A stretch of DNA of 64,000 nt, from assembly GCA_003427395.1 (NCBI GenBank), contig BFEA01000003.1, positions 4,714,266 through 4,778,265 of the forward strand. Direction: 5' to 3'. The DNA is from Chara braunii (taxonomy: Eukaryota; Plantae; Charophyceae). The position numbers and the translations under genes are program-made. The notes below the pieces were generated by a model. The model saw only the letters and a list, made by a program, of their open reading frames with translations. It had not been told where the DNA came from and did no database searches. Shown piece by piece: positions 35,069-46,422 of this stretch. Within the stretch, counting starts at the first letter, position 1. Each line of letters starts with the position of its first letter.

Positions 35069-35414
35069 AACGCCCTCGCGAGTAGCGAGCTGCTCGCTGC
35101 AACGGGCTGAGCGAATGGCTCGACGCGTCCGTAGTCCCAGCGGGGAAGGAGGGGAGACGGTGGTCTGCAGGGGCGCAGACGGTACTCCGATAGGGGCTTA
35201 GTACACTCTGTCGAGTCCTGCGATACCTGAACTCCAGTAGGGAGAGGGGCGAACCGCGACGGAGATGTCAGGAAGCCGACTACTGAGGAGGGCGCAGGTG
35301 TACACTGCACCGTGGCTAGGAGGCACCGCGGGGATGCGAGGCGCCAGGAAGGGACGAAGCACGACGCTGGCGGGGAAGGTCAGCGTAGTGGCAGTCAAGG
35401 GCGGTGGTGTAAGG

Positions 35415-37361
35415 GCACCGAGAGGAGGTATGACCGTCCTAACGACATCGCAAACATCCACGCCGACCCAAAATAGTCGTGCGCTCCTCAGCGGAAAGGA
35501 CACCGCGAGGAGGGACAAAGCCCTGAGGGAGGTCCTGCTGTGGGACCTCGGGGGGCGACGCGCCAGCGTGACCAAGGCGGCTGCATGCCCGGGAAAGGGT
35601 GGAGAGGATGAGCTGGAGGCGCTCAGCCATAGGGAGAGTAGGGTCCTCCAGATGGTGTTGGACGACCTCGCCAAGGTCAACGTCGTCGCTATGGTCACCC
35701 TCTGGCGAGAGCGGGGCACCAGCGTCCTGCTCACCATACTCGAGCGCGCTAAAGCGGCGCGAGAAGTGGCGGCCCTGCTGCGCAGAACGGTGGGGGCGAC
35801 CGCGGAGAGGGGAACGGCGCTGGGAAGTGCCGTGAGAGGAGGAGGCGTAACCAATACGCTGAGGCTGAGAGGAGGAGGCGGGGTGAAGACGGGCTCGCAT
35901 CCGCTGATGGTCCCTGGCGGCCTCATAAACCTGCGGGGCCGATGTGAACTCGTACCGCCATAGCTCGGAGCGGTACTCGAGCAGGGGGCTGGCCAATAAA
36001 CAATCGATAAGGGCAGCCTCGGGGAGAAACGCCACATCACAAGTGAGGCGGGCGTCCTGAAAGACCTGGATGCAGCGATCCAGAGCGGCAGCGCCACCAG
36101 AGCCGGACGAGCGTGTAGTGACGACACGCTCGAAGGCGTCAGTCATGTCGTATCGGGCTCCGAAGCGATCCTCGAGAAACGCCTGGAAATCCATGAAGGT
36201 GGGGGTCCGACCTTCACGAAGGAAGTACGCGTAGAAATTCTCCCAGCCCTCGAAAGGACCGCCACGTAGACGCGTGGAGAGGTGACCCACCCACGTGTCG
36301 GGTGTGGCGCCCATGAGCTGGAGCGTGCGGGTGGTAAACTGCAGCCACCTAGACATGCGTATGCCTGTACCGTCATACAAGGCAATGTCCGACAAGCGGA
36401 TGAGTGGTGCGCCACCGTTTTGGCGGCGAGGGGATCGAGGAGCAGAGGTCTGTGCCACGGCTGAGTAAGTCGGCGCAGCTCCTGGAGAAAGGGGTGCAGC
36501 TGACTGTGCGCCCGGGCCGCATGGGGAAGCGGCGGGGGCAGTTGCGGTAGGCTTCGAGGGAGCTGCGGTAGAAGAGGTCGCAGCAACCTCGGGAGTGGGA
36601 AGAAGGTAGGATGGGGCTGGATAGGGTGCAGGGCGCAGGAAGCGAGCCAGCATGGGAGGAAGAGTAGAGGAGGTAGCGGTTGCGCTCGAGGGCGCGGCCA
36701 CCTGTGAGGGTGGGGGTGGTTGGAGGCGTAAGAGAGCGAGGTCGGCCCGGAGCTGGGCAATCTCGTTCGCGAGACCTCGAACGTAGGTCGAGCGAGGAGT
36801 GGCAGGAGGAAGAGTGGAGGAAGTGGACGCACAAGCGGCGCGGGGCATCCCTGAGGGGGGAGAGTCAGGTGGCGCTGCGGTCGTGCGAAGGGAGGGGAGG
36901 AACGGGGCATCCGAAAACGCCGAGACCATGGTAGAGGGTTGTGGTCCCGTGGCCGTCGTGACCGGGATCTGGGCGGGTGCGCCTGTGGACTGAGGGAGGG
37001 TCTGGCTCGTGGCGACCGTCGTGCTAGGGGCGTGGACAGTCACCAAGATGGCCGGGTCGGGGGCGGCGGAGGAGGAAGCTCCACCGTGGCCACCCTGTTG
37101 GAGGACGGGGGACCCGGACTGGGAGCCAGGAGATGAAGGGCACGCAGCGTCCTGGAGTTGCTGCACGCCGGCAGCAAGGGTCGCCACCTGCGCCTGTAAA
37201 GGCGCGAGGGTCGCGAGTTGCGCCTGGATGGGCGCAAGAAGGGAGGTGAGGAGGGTGTGCAAATCCCCCTGGGGCTGGTGGCCCTGGTCCGTCGGCACGG
37301 GTGTGGAGCCCTGTGCCGTGGTCGTCGCCGCGTCGGCGGCGTGTGACGCGTCGTCGGCCAT
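35415..37361 (-). pseudogene. gag: gag of element B with a long Pro/Ala/Ser-rich N-terminus
   Basis: 640-aa ORF with LYDGTG...WL...LRGGPFEGW...FLEDRF. It ends in the knuckle CLRCR*DGHTSSRC, interrupted by TAG at 35439-35441. Confidence 0.85.
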
Positions 37362-37786
37362 GGGAAGGTGACGGGGTGGACTGGAGGGGGCCAGGAGAGG
37401 TCCGTGTGAGCGGAGGGCGTAGGGGGAAGTCCGCGGTAGGAAGCGGTGGACGGCGCTCGCAAGGCTGGCGCGGGCACCGTCAAAGGGGGAGGGATGGTTC
37501 GGGTCCAGGGTGCCCGAAGAGGACGGGGAAGTACGGGAGGGTTTGAAGAACCCTTAACCCTATCAAAACCCTAAGAAAACCCTCACCGAAGTTTGGGTGG
37601 TTAGGGTACGGTGTCGGTAACTTACTCAAGTAAATAAAGCAGCAAGCATAGGGGGGGGGGGAAGGCGGAAGAAAAATAAATAAACAGCAAGATTTCGAGA
37701 GAAAAATAAAAGAAAATAAATAAGAAAAATATTTAAAAAAAATAAGTAAACAAAATATGAAGAGAGAAACAATATTTATTTTTTTG

Positions 37787-38209
37787 AAATTTTCGGCAGC
37801 ATTTCCGTACCCCCCATGGGGTCAAGAATGTGCCAAGGGGAAAGGAGAGACCAAGGTGAGCACACTAGGTTTCAAGATGCCGCAAATAAGTAGAAAAAAA
37901 TCAAAAAATAAATAAAGAAATGTGCCAAGGGGAAAGGAGAGATCAAGGTGAGCACACTAGGTTTCAAGATGCCGCAAATAAAAAAAAAATAATAATAATA
38001 AAAAAAGATAAGAAATAAGGAAATAAATAAATAAGTAAATAAGTGGGTGAAGAGGTAGGGAGAAATGAAGTATCTGATTTGTCAAAAATTTCGGCGGCAT
38101 TTCGTTACCCCCATGGGGTCGAAGTGTGCCGAGAAGACCAAGCGGAAGAAAAAATATAAAATTTCGGCAGCACTTCGTTACCCCCACGGGGTCAAAACGT
38201 GTGCCGAAA
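37787..38209 (-). repeat. Repeated leader motifs in element B (three GGCA...CCCCATGGGG...GCTGCCGAAATTT copies and a ~60-bp duplication)
   Basis: Copies at 37787-37836, 38086-38133 and 38158-38209. Duplication at about 37828-37889 and 37920-37981. Confidence 0.8.
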
Positions 38210-39676
38210 GTAGTAAAGACTAACACCTAATCAGTTTTAAGATTGCCGTAAAGAAAATTGAATTTTCAGAATAAATAAAAAAATAAATAAAATAAATCAG
38301 AAAAATAAGAAAAAAAGGTGGGGAAGAAGATAATTCGAATTTTGGGAAAAAAGCAAAAATATAAATCAAAAGGGAGATAGAAAAAAAGAAAAAACAGAAA
38401 AATTTGAAGTAGAGGAGAAGGGGGGATGAAAAAATGATGGAGAGAAGAAAGAAATAGGTGGGAGAGGGAAAAAGATGGAAGTGGAAGGTGGGGGGATGAT
38501 GTGGTGGCAGTTGGGGGAGAAGAGGGTGAGAGAATGGGAGAGAAAGAGGATGGGGAAAGATGGAGAGTGATCAAGAAACTAAGAGAAAAGAAGGAGGAGA
38601 GAAAAGAAAAGAAATGAAGAAAAGAGGGTAAGATAGTGGTTAGTGGGAGAAAAGGTGGGGTGGGGAGGGTAAAAAGAGGAGGGGAGAGAGGCAGTGGAAG
38701 GTGGGGGAAAGAAAAGGGGAGAGAGAGATGATACCTGGCCCTCGGTGTCTCCAAAGGCACAAGGTATACCAAGACCAGGAGGGTCTTGGCCTTCGCTGCA
38801 GCCAACCAACTGGACGATGTAGGGGAGGATGTAAGGGGGCTGAGATCTTAATCAGCCCTAGTTGCAGCACTGCAGATCCAGGGTGTGCTGTGTGAGCATA
38901 CCCTGATGGATGACGATGATGATCTAGGGTTGGCTGAGATCTTGATCAGCCACCCTACTGCCACAGTCACACAGCCCCCTAGCCAGGGGGAAATCTTGAG
39001 CTGCTGCAAAGCTCCTGCTGCAGCAGTAGAGAGATAGTTAAAAAAATAATAATAATAATAATAATGATGTGGCGCAGCCCCCTAACCAGGGGGGTCTTCA
39101 GTCCACAGCAAAGTGCCATGTGGCACTGCAGGTGGCCACGTGCACAGGCAGCAGCAGCAGCCAAGGGGGGGGGGGGGGGGGGGGAGGGTAAATAGCAGCC
39201 TCTCCCATTGCTGCCTCGCTGGCCGCTGCTCGCTGCTCGCCGGCGGGGGTGAGGGGGGTAAATAGCCAGCACCGCTTCAACTTGAGGTTGCCGTGCTGCA
39301 AGGCCATACATAGACTTTGGCCAGTGTGTTATGAGGGTGGTACATGCATGCTTATGGCCAGCAGCTGCCTGGGTTCAAACCCCAGCGGCAGCATGCATTC
39401 CAGATCTTAATTAACATAATTTAGGAGCGGGGTGGGGCAGTGGGGCAGCGTGGGTGTGTGTGCGTGCAGCGGCCTTGGCCCTCGCGCTTGCTGCGCACGC
39501 GCTCGTAGTGGCACCTGCTTTTTTTGCCACGTGTCACCTCCTGCAGGCGCTCCTTTTTCCCTGAGGTTTCGCTGAAAAACACTTGAAAAACAGCAAAAAA
39601 AACCGCTGTCGGGTTTTGCTGTTTTCCTCAGCTGTACAGCTGTACGGGGTGGTGGGTGGGAGCGAGGAACGTTCCC

Positions 39677-39688
39677 GCTCCGATACCA
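39677..39688 (-). promoter_or_regulatory. PBS (tRNA-iMet) of element B
   Basis: Minus strand TGGTATCGGAGC, 1 nt after the LTR end. Confidence 0.9.
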
Positions 39689-39689
39689 A

Positions 39690-40005
39690 TGTAGCGGACC
39701 CACCAGGTGTGGTGCTCCACTACTGATAGAGATGGAGATGGAGGAAGAAGGGGGGAGCAAGATGCACAGCGCAGCTCCCCACGCAAGACTCCATTGCACG
39801 TACTCCAAAATGTGCAAGTGTAGAATGAGGACGAAAACAGACAACTGCTGGGGTATACCCCAGCGGACTGACAGGACTGGACTGGACTGGCTGGCACCGA
39901 CAGAGGTACCGGCCTGGCCTGGCCTGGACTGCCCCCGAATAGAACACAGGCCTGTGAGAACAGGCCAAGGGGCTGGTCTCACAGGCCAACCAGAGGTCCG
40001 CTACA
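39690..40005 (-). repeat. 5' LTR of element B (316 bp)
   Basis: Perfect 11-bp terminal inverted repeat TGTAGCGGACC...GGTCCGCTACA adjacent to the PBS. Confidence 0.9.
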
Positions 40006-40013
40006 GTGACCCA

Positions 40014-40067
<54 letters not shown>

Positions 40068-40278
40068 CCCCCCCCGTTCAGAACATTTGATTGGTCGTTA
40101 GTCCGTTCGGTACGGTAAGTGACATTTCATCACAGATTCATCACACGATAAGTAGTACACAGCTGAACAAGCAGCAAGTGACCAAATCCCATATATATTC
40201 AAGACGCAAGGCTTCCCCCCTTCCCCCCTTCCGCCCTTCCGCCCTTTTCAGACCCCCCGTCACAAGGCAGCTAAGACA

Positions 40279-40435
40279 AGGTCCCACTAGCAAAGAGGAT
40301 TGGATTGAGCGCCTGAATCTGGACTTGTTTGTGGAAACGTGCAGAAAAATCGAGATCCAACTTCTTTTCTGCATCTCTGGTTAAAACACGTCCAGATTCA
40401 GGATATTTATCCAATACTCTTTGCTGGTGGGACCT
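40279..40435. mobile_element. Fold-back MITE-like element, copy 1
   Basis: AGGTCCCACTAGCAAAGAG...CTCTTTGCTGGTGGGACCT, palindromic over most of its length. Confidence 0.75.
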
Positions 40436-40520
40436 CGCCCCTTCTGCCCTTTCAAAAGATGAAAAGACCAAATCATTTCCGAAATCCAAAGGTATCAGTA
40501 GAGGCTAAGATCATCGCACT

Positions 40521-40630
40521 GTTAACATTGGAACGATACAGAGAAAGAGAACATTAGCATGGCCCCTGCGCTTTCAAGGATGACACACATAAATCGAAGA
40601 ATGGTCCAAATTACAACAACAAAAAAAAAA
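40521..40630 (+). pseudogene. U6 snRNA retropseudogene, 5'-truncated, A-tailed, with 14-bp TSD
   Basis: ATTGGAACGATACAGAGA...ATTAGCATGGCCCCTGCGC...AAGGATGACACACATAAATCGAAGAATGGTCCAAATT plus an ACAACAAC(A)n tail. Flanked by AAGATCATCGCACT (40507-40520) and AAGATCATCACACT (40631-40644). Confidence 0.92.
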
Positions 40631-40847
40631 AAGATCATCACACTCTACCGGGAATTACTGACGAGGGCATACTCACATTTTTCTAAATGTATCTGACCGT
40701 AATCACTTCCAGAGCTGCTGAGTCGACCAAGTCCTAGTGTGACTCTGCCCTGAGAACATATGTCAGCTTCCGTTATGAACATAATATCACCAAGACCAAC
40801 TAATAGTATCCGATCCAGAGGCAAATTAGAAAAAAAAAAAAGGAAAC

Positions 40848-40890
40848 GAAGATTAGCATGGGCCCCTTCCCAAGTATGACACGCAAAATG
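40848..40890 (+). pseudogene. Degenerate U6 fragment (central part)
   Basis: GAAGATTAGCATGGGCCCCTTCCCAAGTATGACACGCAAAAT versus U6 GAAGATTAGCATGGCCCCTGCGCAAGGATGACACGCA. Confidence 0.75.
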
Positions 40891-41023
40891 AAGGGGAAAA
40901 CGATTTCTGATTCTTCTGATTAGAACCACCAGTACTTGGCCCATACATGGGCCGCGTTAACGTGCCACTGCAAACGGGGGTCGCGCCCAGGCCAACGACC
41001 GGTCCGCCTTGGGCCCGGGAGCG

Positions 41024-41179
41024 AGGTCCCACTAGCAAAGAGGGTTGGATTAAGCTCCTGAATCTGGACGTGTTTTAAGCATAGATACAGAAAACCAGTT
41101 CAATCTCGATTTTCTGCACCTTTCCCCGAACGCATCCAGATTCAGGTGTTCGGTCCAATCCTCTTTGCTAGTGGGACCT
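41024..41179. mobile_element. Fold-back MITE-like element, copy 2 (opposite orientation to copy 1)
   Basis: AGGTCCCACTAGCAAAGAGG...CCTCTTTGCTAGTGGGACCT. Confidence 0.75.
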
Positions 41180-41663
41180 CTTTTATTTTCTTTTTTTTTC
41201 CCTAAAAGCCCAGGGTGTTGTAGAGGCCAAGGACCAGACCCGCGGTGATTGCTAGTAGCGACAGCCAATGGTTGTCCTGACATGATAGGCCACCTACCCA
41301 ACCCATCCCCACGTTAATACTCCCAGCGCACCCCCTGTCCCTACTATCCTACCTAAGTGTGACCAGCACTCAGGACCATCACCCTACCAGTATCAAGGGC
41401 AACTGGGACCGGACAGCCCTTGTTTCTTTGTTTTGAAAAGGGCAACGGTCTTGAGATATATCATCATGAAACTGACCGGCCCCATCAGCCCCCATGTAAT
41501 ACAGAATTACTTTTTCCCCCCCCCCAGAAAAAAAATAAAAAATAAAATAAAATTACTTTCTTCTGTTCATCCGGGCCCAGGTAATTTTAGAATTACGTTC
41601 TTCTGCCCATCTGATTGCATGTGGATTCGAACTTGGGTCTGATTCAGGGTGTACCAACGGAGT

Positions 41664-41772
41664 TACCGTCTTCACCCGAATAGAACGCCCGATCATTATC
41701 GCTGTATTTGGGGCAACTTCCAGTCCAGATACAGCGGTAATTACCGGGCGTTCTATTCGGGGGAAGACAGTA
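41664..41772. other. Long hairpin (48-bp stem, 13-nt loop); pre-miRNA-like or MITE remnant
   Basis: TACCGTCTTCACCCGAATAGAACGCCCG...GCTGTATTTGG pairs with CCAGATACAGC...CGGGCGTTCTATTCGGGGGAAGACAGTA, with six non-Watson-Crick positions. Confidence 0.7.
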
Positions 41773-42858
41773 GGCAACGTCGGTGGCTGTCGCCCATTTT
41801 GCTTAACAAAAAGAAGGAAACAAGAAAAGAGGGGATTCCAAGAACAAAAAGAAGGAAATAAGAAAAGAGGGGATTCCAAAAAGAAGGGGGAAACGAAAAA
41901 AGCGAAAAAGAGAAATAAAAAAACATCAAAAAAAAACAGTAAATATTCCCAAAGCTGCAATCCAGCTTGCCGATATTCAACCCTGTTGGAAAAACCATAT
42001 TAGTCAAGGGAACGATCCGTTTCTCTTTTATTATTCCCTTTTTTTTTTCCCTCTTCCTCCGCCTCCTTTTCTCATTCCTCCCCCCACCTTTTCTTATCCC
42101 ACAACCCCCCCCCGTCCCCTCTATTTCCATTTACTGTAATACTGTAATAATTTGGCCCCTCGTTCTCATTGTCAAACCCTCTTTTATCTCTCCCCCCCNN
42201 NNNNNNNNNNNNNNNNNNNNNNNNNNNNNNNNNNNNNNNNNNNNNNNNNNNNNNNNNNNNNNNNNNNNNNNNNNNNNNNNNNNNNNNNNNNNNNNNNNNN
42301 NNNNNNNNNNNNNNNNNNNNNNNNNNNNNNNNNNNNNNNNNNNNNNNNNNNNNNNNNNNNNNNNNNNNNNNNNNNNNNNNNNNNNNNNNNNNNNNNNNNN
42401 NNNNNNNNNNNNNNNNNNNNNNNNNNNNNNNNNNNNNNNNNNNNNNNNNNNNNNNNNNNNNNNNNNNNNNNNNNNNNNNNNNNNNNNNNNNNNNNNNNNN
42501 NNNNNNNNNNNNNNNNNNNNNNNNNNNNNNNNNNNNNNNNNNNNNNNNNNNNNNNNNNNNNNNNNNNNNNNNNNNNNNNNNNNNNNNNNNNNNNNNNNNN
42601 NNNNNNNNNNNNNNNNNNNNNNNNNNNNNNNNNNNNNNNNNNNNNNNNNNNNNNNNNNNNNNNNNNNNNNNNNNNNNNNNNNNNNNNNNNNNNNNNNNNN
42701 NNNNNNNNNNNNNNNNNNNNNNNNNNNNNNNNNNNNNNNNNNNNNNNNNNNNNNNNNNNNNNNNNNNNNNNNNNNNNNNNNNNNNNNNNNNNNNNNNNNN
42801 NNNNNNNNNNNNNNNNNNNNNNNNNNNNNNNNNNNNNNNNNNNNNNNNNNNNNNNNNN

Positions 42859-42931
<73 letters not shown>
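42859..42931. repeat. (CT)n microsatellite (others at about 40019-40064, 44929-44985, 46300-46418, 59973-60019 and 62071-62128; (AC)n at 45147-45179)
   Basis: Visible dinucleotide runs. Confidence 0.98.
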
Positions 42932-42934
<3 letters not shown>

Positions 42935-43294
42935 TTTCAGTACGGCGTGCAAGCTCACAGCTGAGAGACAAACAAAGAACAGGACGTGGACTCGGACCAG
43001 TTTCCACGAGGGACGGAGGATCGGACGCAGCAGAGAGGATAACGACATATAGTCACCATCCCTCCCCCCTACACCCAATTCAAGGAGAGAGCCGCAGAGC
43101 CACCACCTACCTCTTCTCCACTTCACCCAATCAAGAAAGACACCGGCAGAAACCTCTCATATTGTACAGCAGAACCAAATTTCTCTGCTTCCTTTTGCGA
43201 AAAAAACAAATTGAGTAAGAAAAAATCTCTGCTTTTCCTGAAAGTGACTCGTGGGCGCCAGCACTGCTGCCAACAATATCATCTAAACTTCCTG

Positions 43295-44728
43295 TCATAC
43301 GAAAAAGTTGTCTTCCTCATCGACTTCGTCATCGGGCAGAAAATAATCAGCATGGAAAGAAGGATTAGGGTAATAGTGCACGAAGTGATGAAGGTCCCGT
43401 TGAGAGGAGTAGTTAATGTCTTCGTCGTCTTCGTCGTCGTCCTCGTCGTTGTCGCCATCCTCCTCATCATCCTCATCCTCTTCATCTTCTTCATCGCCCG
43501 ACCCTCTACTTCCATCCCCGCCTTCACCGATATCTACGGCGGAGACTTCGAAATCTTTCCGCTTGGCGCGCAGTGCCTCCACCGCCTCCGTCGTTATCGA
43601 GCGGCAGCGATCCACTCTCAGGACTCGCAGGCACGTGAGCTTCTTGCCAATCATCTCTAAACTCCCATCGGTAATCTCTCCTCCTTCCAATCCCAGCAGC
43701 TCTAGATGGGAGAGGTGGTCGGTCACGATCTCCACCTCTTCGTCACCGAAGGTGGTCCCATCGAGCATCAACGAGACCAACTGTCGGGATCGCGGCGCTA
43801 CAGTCTCCACCACGTGGCCGATCGAGAACCCTTCAACTCTCGTGTTCCTGAGGTCTAGTGTCCGAAGCCGCTGGCATCCCTCCACAAACGTCTCAACGGG
43901 CGGAAAGCTAGGGACGATCTCCGTGTTCGCGAATCGGAGATCCTCCAGAAGAGGACACTGGCGGCCAATCAACTCCAAGCACTCACCGGGGCAATTAACG
44001 ACAGATAACTTAGTGAGTTTCCCTTTACTGCGGGTCATGACGCTCCTCACTAGCACCATGTTGTTGGCCTGACAAGCAACAGAGTAATGCAACCTGTCAT
44101 CGTCGTGAAGGATCTCATCATCGTGAAGGACATCATCAAGGATCGCCTCCGTCCAACAACACGGATCGTACGACGCACGATGCCAGGCCTTGCAAACAAG
44201 GCCGACGCGGAACCTATCAACTACGGGGAGGAAGCGAAAGGCGTGCACGAGAGCCTCGTGGACCATATCAGACCAGTCACGGCGAGATAAGTCAACGACG
44301 CCGTCTTCTTCAGCTTTGACTTCGACATCGCCATCCAGATCGTCGGTGACGTGGCGGCTATTGCGCCGTTGATCGGCGGGGGAGGCGGCGGAGGCGGAGG
44401 CGGCGGAGGCGGAGACACCGCGACGAAAGATGATGGTGGAGGAGGGGGAGGAAGTGGAAGAGGAGGAGGAGGAGGAGGAGGAGGAGGAGGAGGAGGGCTT
44501 GGCAGGGGAGATTAGTTTCCTGCCGGCTCGCGGATTGGGCGGCAAAGAGGTTCCTCGGGACTTGCTGACAGACGCCGCGGCGGCGGCGGCAAGTAAAACC
44601 CTAGAGGGGAGCAGCCTGGGCGACCTGCCCGATCTGCGGATACTGCCTGCACTCCAGGCCAGCCGTCGGATCAAATCTGCGAAGGTTTCCTCTTCCGTCC
44701 CCCCCCATAAACCAGTTATATCGTCCAT
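43295..44728 (-). CDS. F-box/LRR-repeat protein (FBW2/SKIP1/SKIP19-like), intronless, acidic C-terminus
   Basis: Open frame from ATG 44728. F-box RDWSDMVHEALVHAFRFLP...VCKAWHRASYDPCCW; LRRs CPLLEDL, CQRLRTLDL, LELLGL...ITD, LRVLRVDRCRSIT. Poly-Ser stretch and Asp/Glu tail. Confidence 0.88.
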   Translation of the reverse strand: MDDITGLWGGTEEETFADLIRRLAWSAGSIRRSGRSPRLLPSRVLLAAAAAASVSKSRGTSLPPNPRAGRKLISPAKPSSSSSSSSSSSSSTSSPSSTIIFRRGVSASAASASAASPADQRRNSRHVTDDLDGDVEVKAEEDGVVDLSRRDWSDMVHEALVHAFRFLPVVDRFRVGLVCKAWHRASYDPCCWTEAILDDVLHDDEILHDDDRLHYSVACQANNMVLVRSVMTRSKGKLTKLSVVNCPGECLELIGRQCPLLEDLRFANTEIVPSFPPVETFVEGCQRLRTLDLRNTRVEGFSIGHVVETVAPRSRQLVSLMLDGTTFGDEEVEIVTDHLSHLELLGLEGGEITDGSLEMIGKKLTCLRVLRVDRCRSITTEAVEALRAKRKDFEVSAVDIGEGGDGSRGSGDEEDEEDEDDEEDGDNDEDDDEDDEDINYSSQRDLHHFVHYYPNPSFHADYFLPDDEVDEEDNFFV

Positions 44729-44925
44729 ACCCCGCCGCAGCGCTGTCGCCAACAAAAAACAAACACAGTAGCTGCAAGCTGGTCCTACTGCTAACACGTG
44801 GCGCAGCACGCTTTGATCCTCTCCAGTGCCTGCTCCGTAAATATGATCCCCACGATGGCGCGCTTTAATCGCCTACACTTCCCTTTCCCTCAATGATGTC
44901 GTCACAAGTGGCGCACTTTCATCGC

Positions 44926-44987
<62 letters not shown>

Positions 44988-45136
44988 CAATTAAAATGCG
45001 CTCGTCACAAGCAGCGCGTCGCTCACTCATTCCCTTCCTCCTCCCTCTGCCAATCGTCACACGCGGCGCAGCTTTGCTTGCCTTCACCCAAATACCACTC
45101 CGATCGCCGATGCCATAACCGCAAGGACACACGCAA

Positions 45137-45184
<48 letters not shown>

Positions 45185-46296
45185 TGGAACTAACCAGGAG
45201 AGTTCCTCTGCATCAAGTGATGGCCACAGTCAATCCAAAGCTTCGGTGAAAGCTGCGCGTGGATGCTATGGCCGAGCTCACGGGTATTCCCCTCGTGATC
45301 GATGACGTGGCGAGTCCAGGGCCGCCTCACGTCAGGATCTCAATCGCAGTGGAACGCGCGGTCGTGCTGACCCACATCGCGCCGAGCCGGACTGCGCGGT
45401 CTCGAGGATTACTGATCGATTCCCCGCGGGGGCCCCCGCACTCCGCCGCCACCTGATCGATGGTCTCCCCGCCAGTGGGAGTGGTGGTCCCATCCGCCAA
45501 TGTTCCTTCCCCCCCCGCCCCTCCCACACATGTCCTTGCCCGGATGCTATGGCGCTTCCGGTTCCGCGCGCACGTCATCCGCAGCCTCGGCGCGCAGCTA
45601 ACCACAACAGCTCTTTCTCGGTTCATTCATCGCCAGAACCACTAGACCAGGCTCTCGCGTGCAATACCGCCCTCGCTCCGTCCCTCGTTGCGGATCTTCC
45701 GTGGAACCGTGAATAGGCCATCATCTGGATTACTGATGGCGCCGAATGCTGAGTGCTCCACGTCAGGCTGTACGAGCGTTAGGACTGTCTTGAACGACTG
45801 GTCGTCACTGCGGTCGGATGCATTTAGAATTACCATGATGCGTCCTCCTGTGAGTATGGGGCACGCTCCACCACAGTCAGTACACAACTTTCGGGTTCTA
45901 TCTGGACCTGGTGGTCTCGGTACATTCAAAATGTTCAGAATGGTGAGTGGTCCGAATGTTGCGTGGCCAGGCCAGGTAGTCGTGCGACACTGACTAGTGG
46001 AGCGCGACGCCGCATGCCTGCTTATGTGGCCAGCCAGTTTGCCTTTAATTTTTCTTGAGAAAATTGCATCAACACCCGTTATACCCAGATGATGTGCCCA
46101 ACTTGCTGCCCGTGGAATTATTTGCATGCCAAGAACTCAGGCTGGGACCGCCAAATTGCGGTTATAACCAGCTTCCGGAATGCTCAATTTATTGACTAAC
46201 CCAGGCCAAATTATCCCCATGCGCGCTATTGGGGTTGAAAGGCAATACTTGCAGTTGGGACTTCGCTAGTGGGACTTGGCCTTTCTCTTTCCCCCT

Positions 46297-46382
<86 letters not shown>

Positions 46383-46383
46383 N

Positions 46384-46422
<39 letters not shown>

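Larger units (their letters stand above)
32353..40005 (-). mobile_element. Ty3/Gypsy LTR retrotransposon (element B), truncated inside the integrase zinc finger; no 3' LTR
   Basis: LTR, Met PBS, gag, PR, RT, RH and the start of IN, all on the minus strand. Confidence 0.92.

Noticed and set aside
35198-37546. Many overlapping alternative-frame and antisense ORFs over gag of element B
   Set aside because: Shadow ORFs of a very GC-rich coding region with no independent motifs.
41967-43218. Long ORFs containing X runs or SLSL/ERER repeats (also 15178-16218, 21523-22066, 46189-46647)
   Set aside because: Artefacts of N gaps and (CT)n microsatellites.
45220-46270. Same-frame chain of + strand ORFs divergent from the F-box gene
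   Set aside because: No recognisable motif and several stops; GC richness can explain the ORF lengths.
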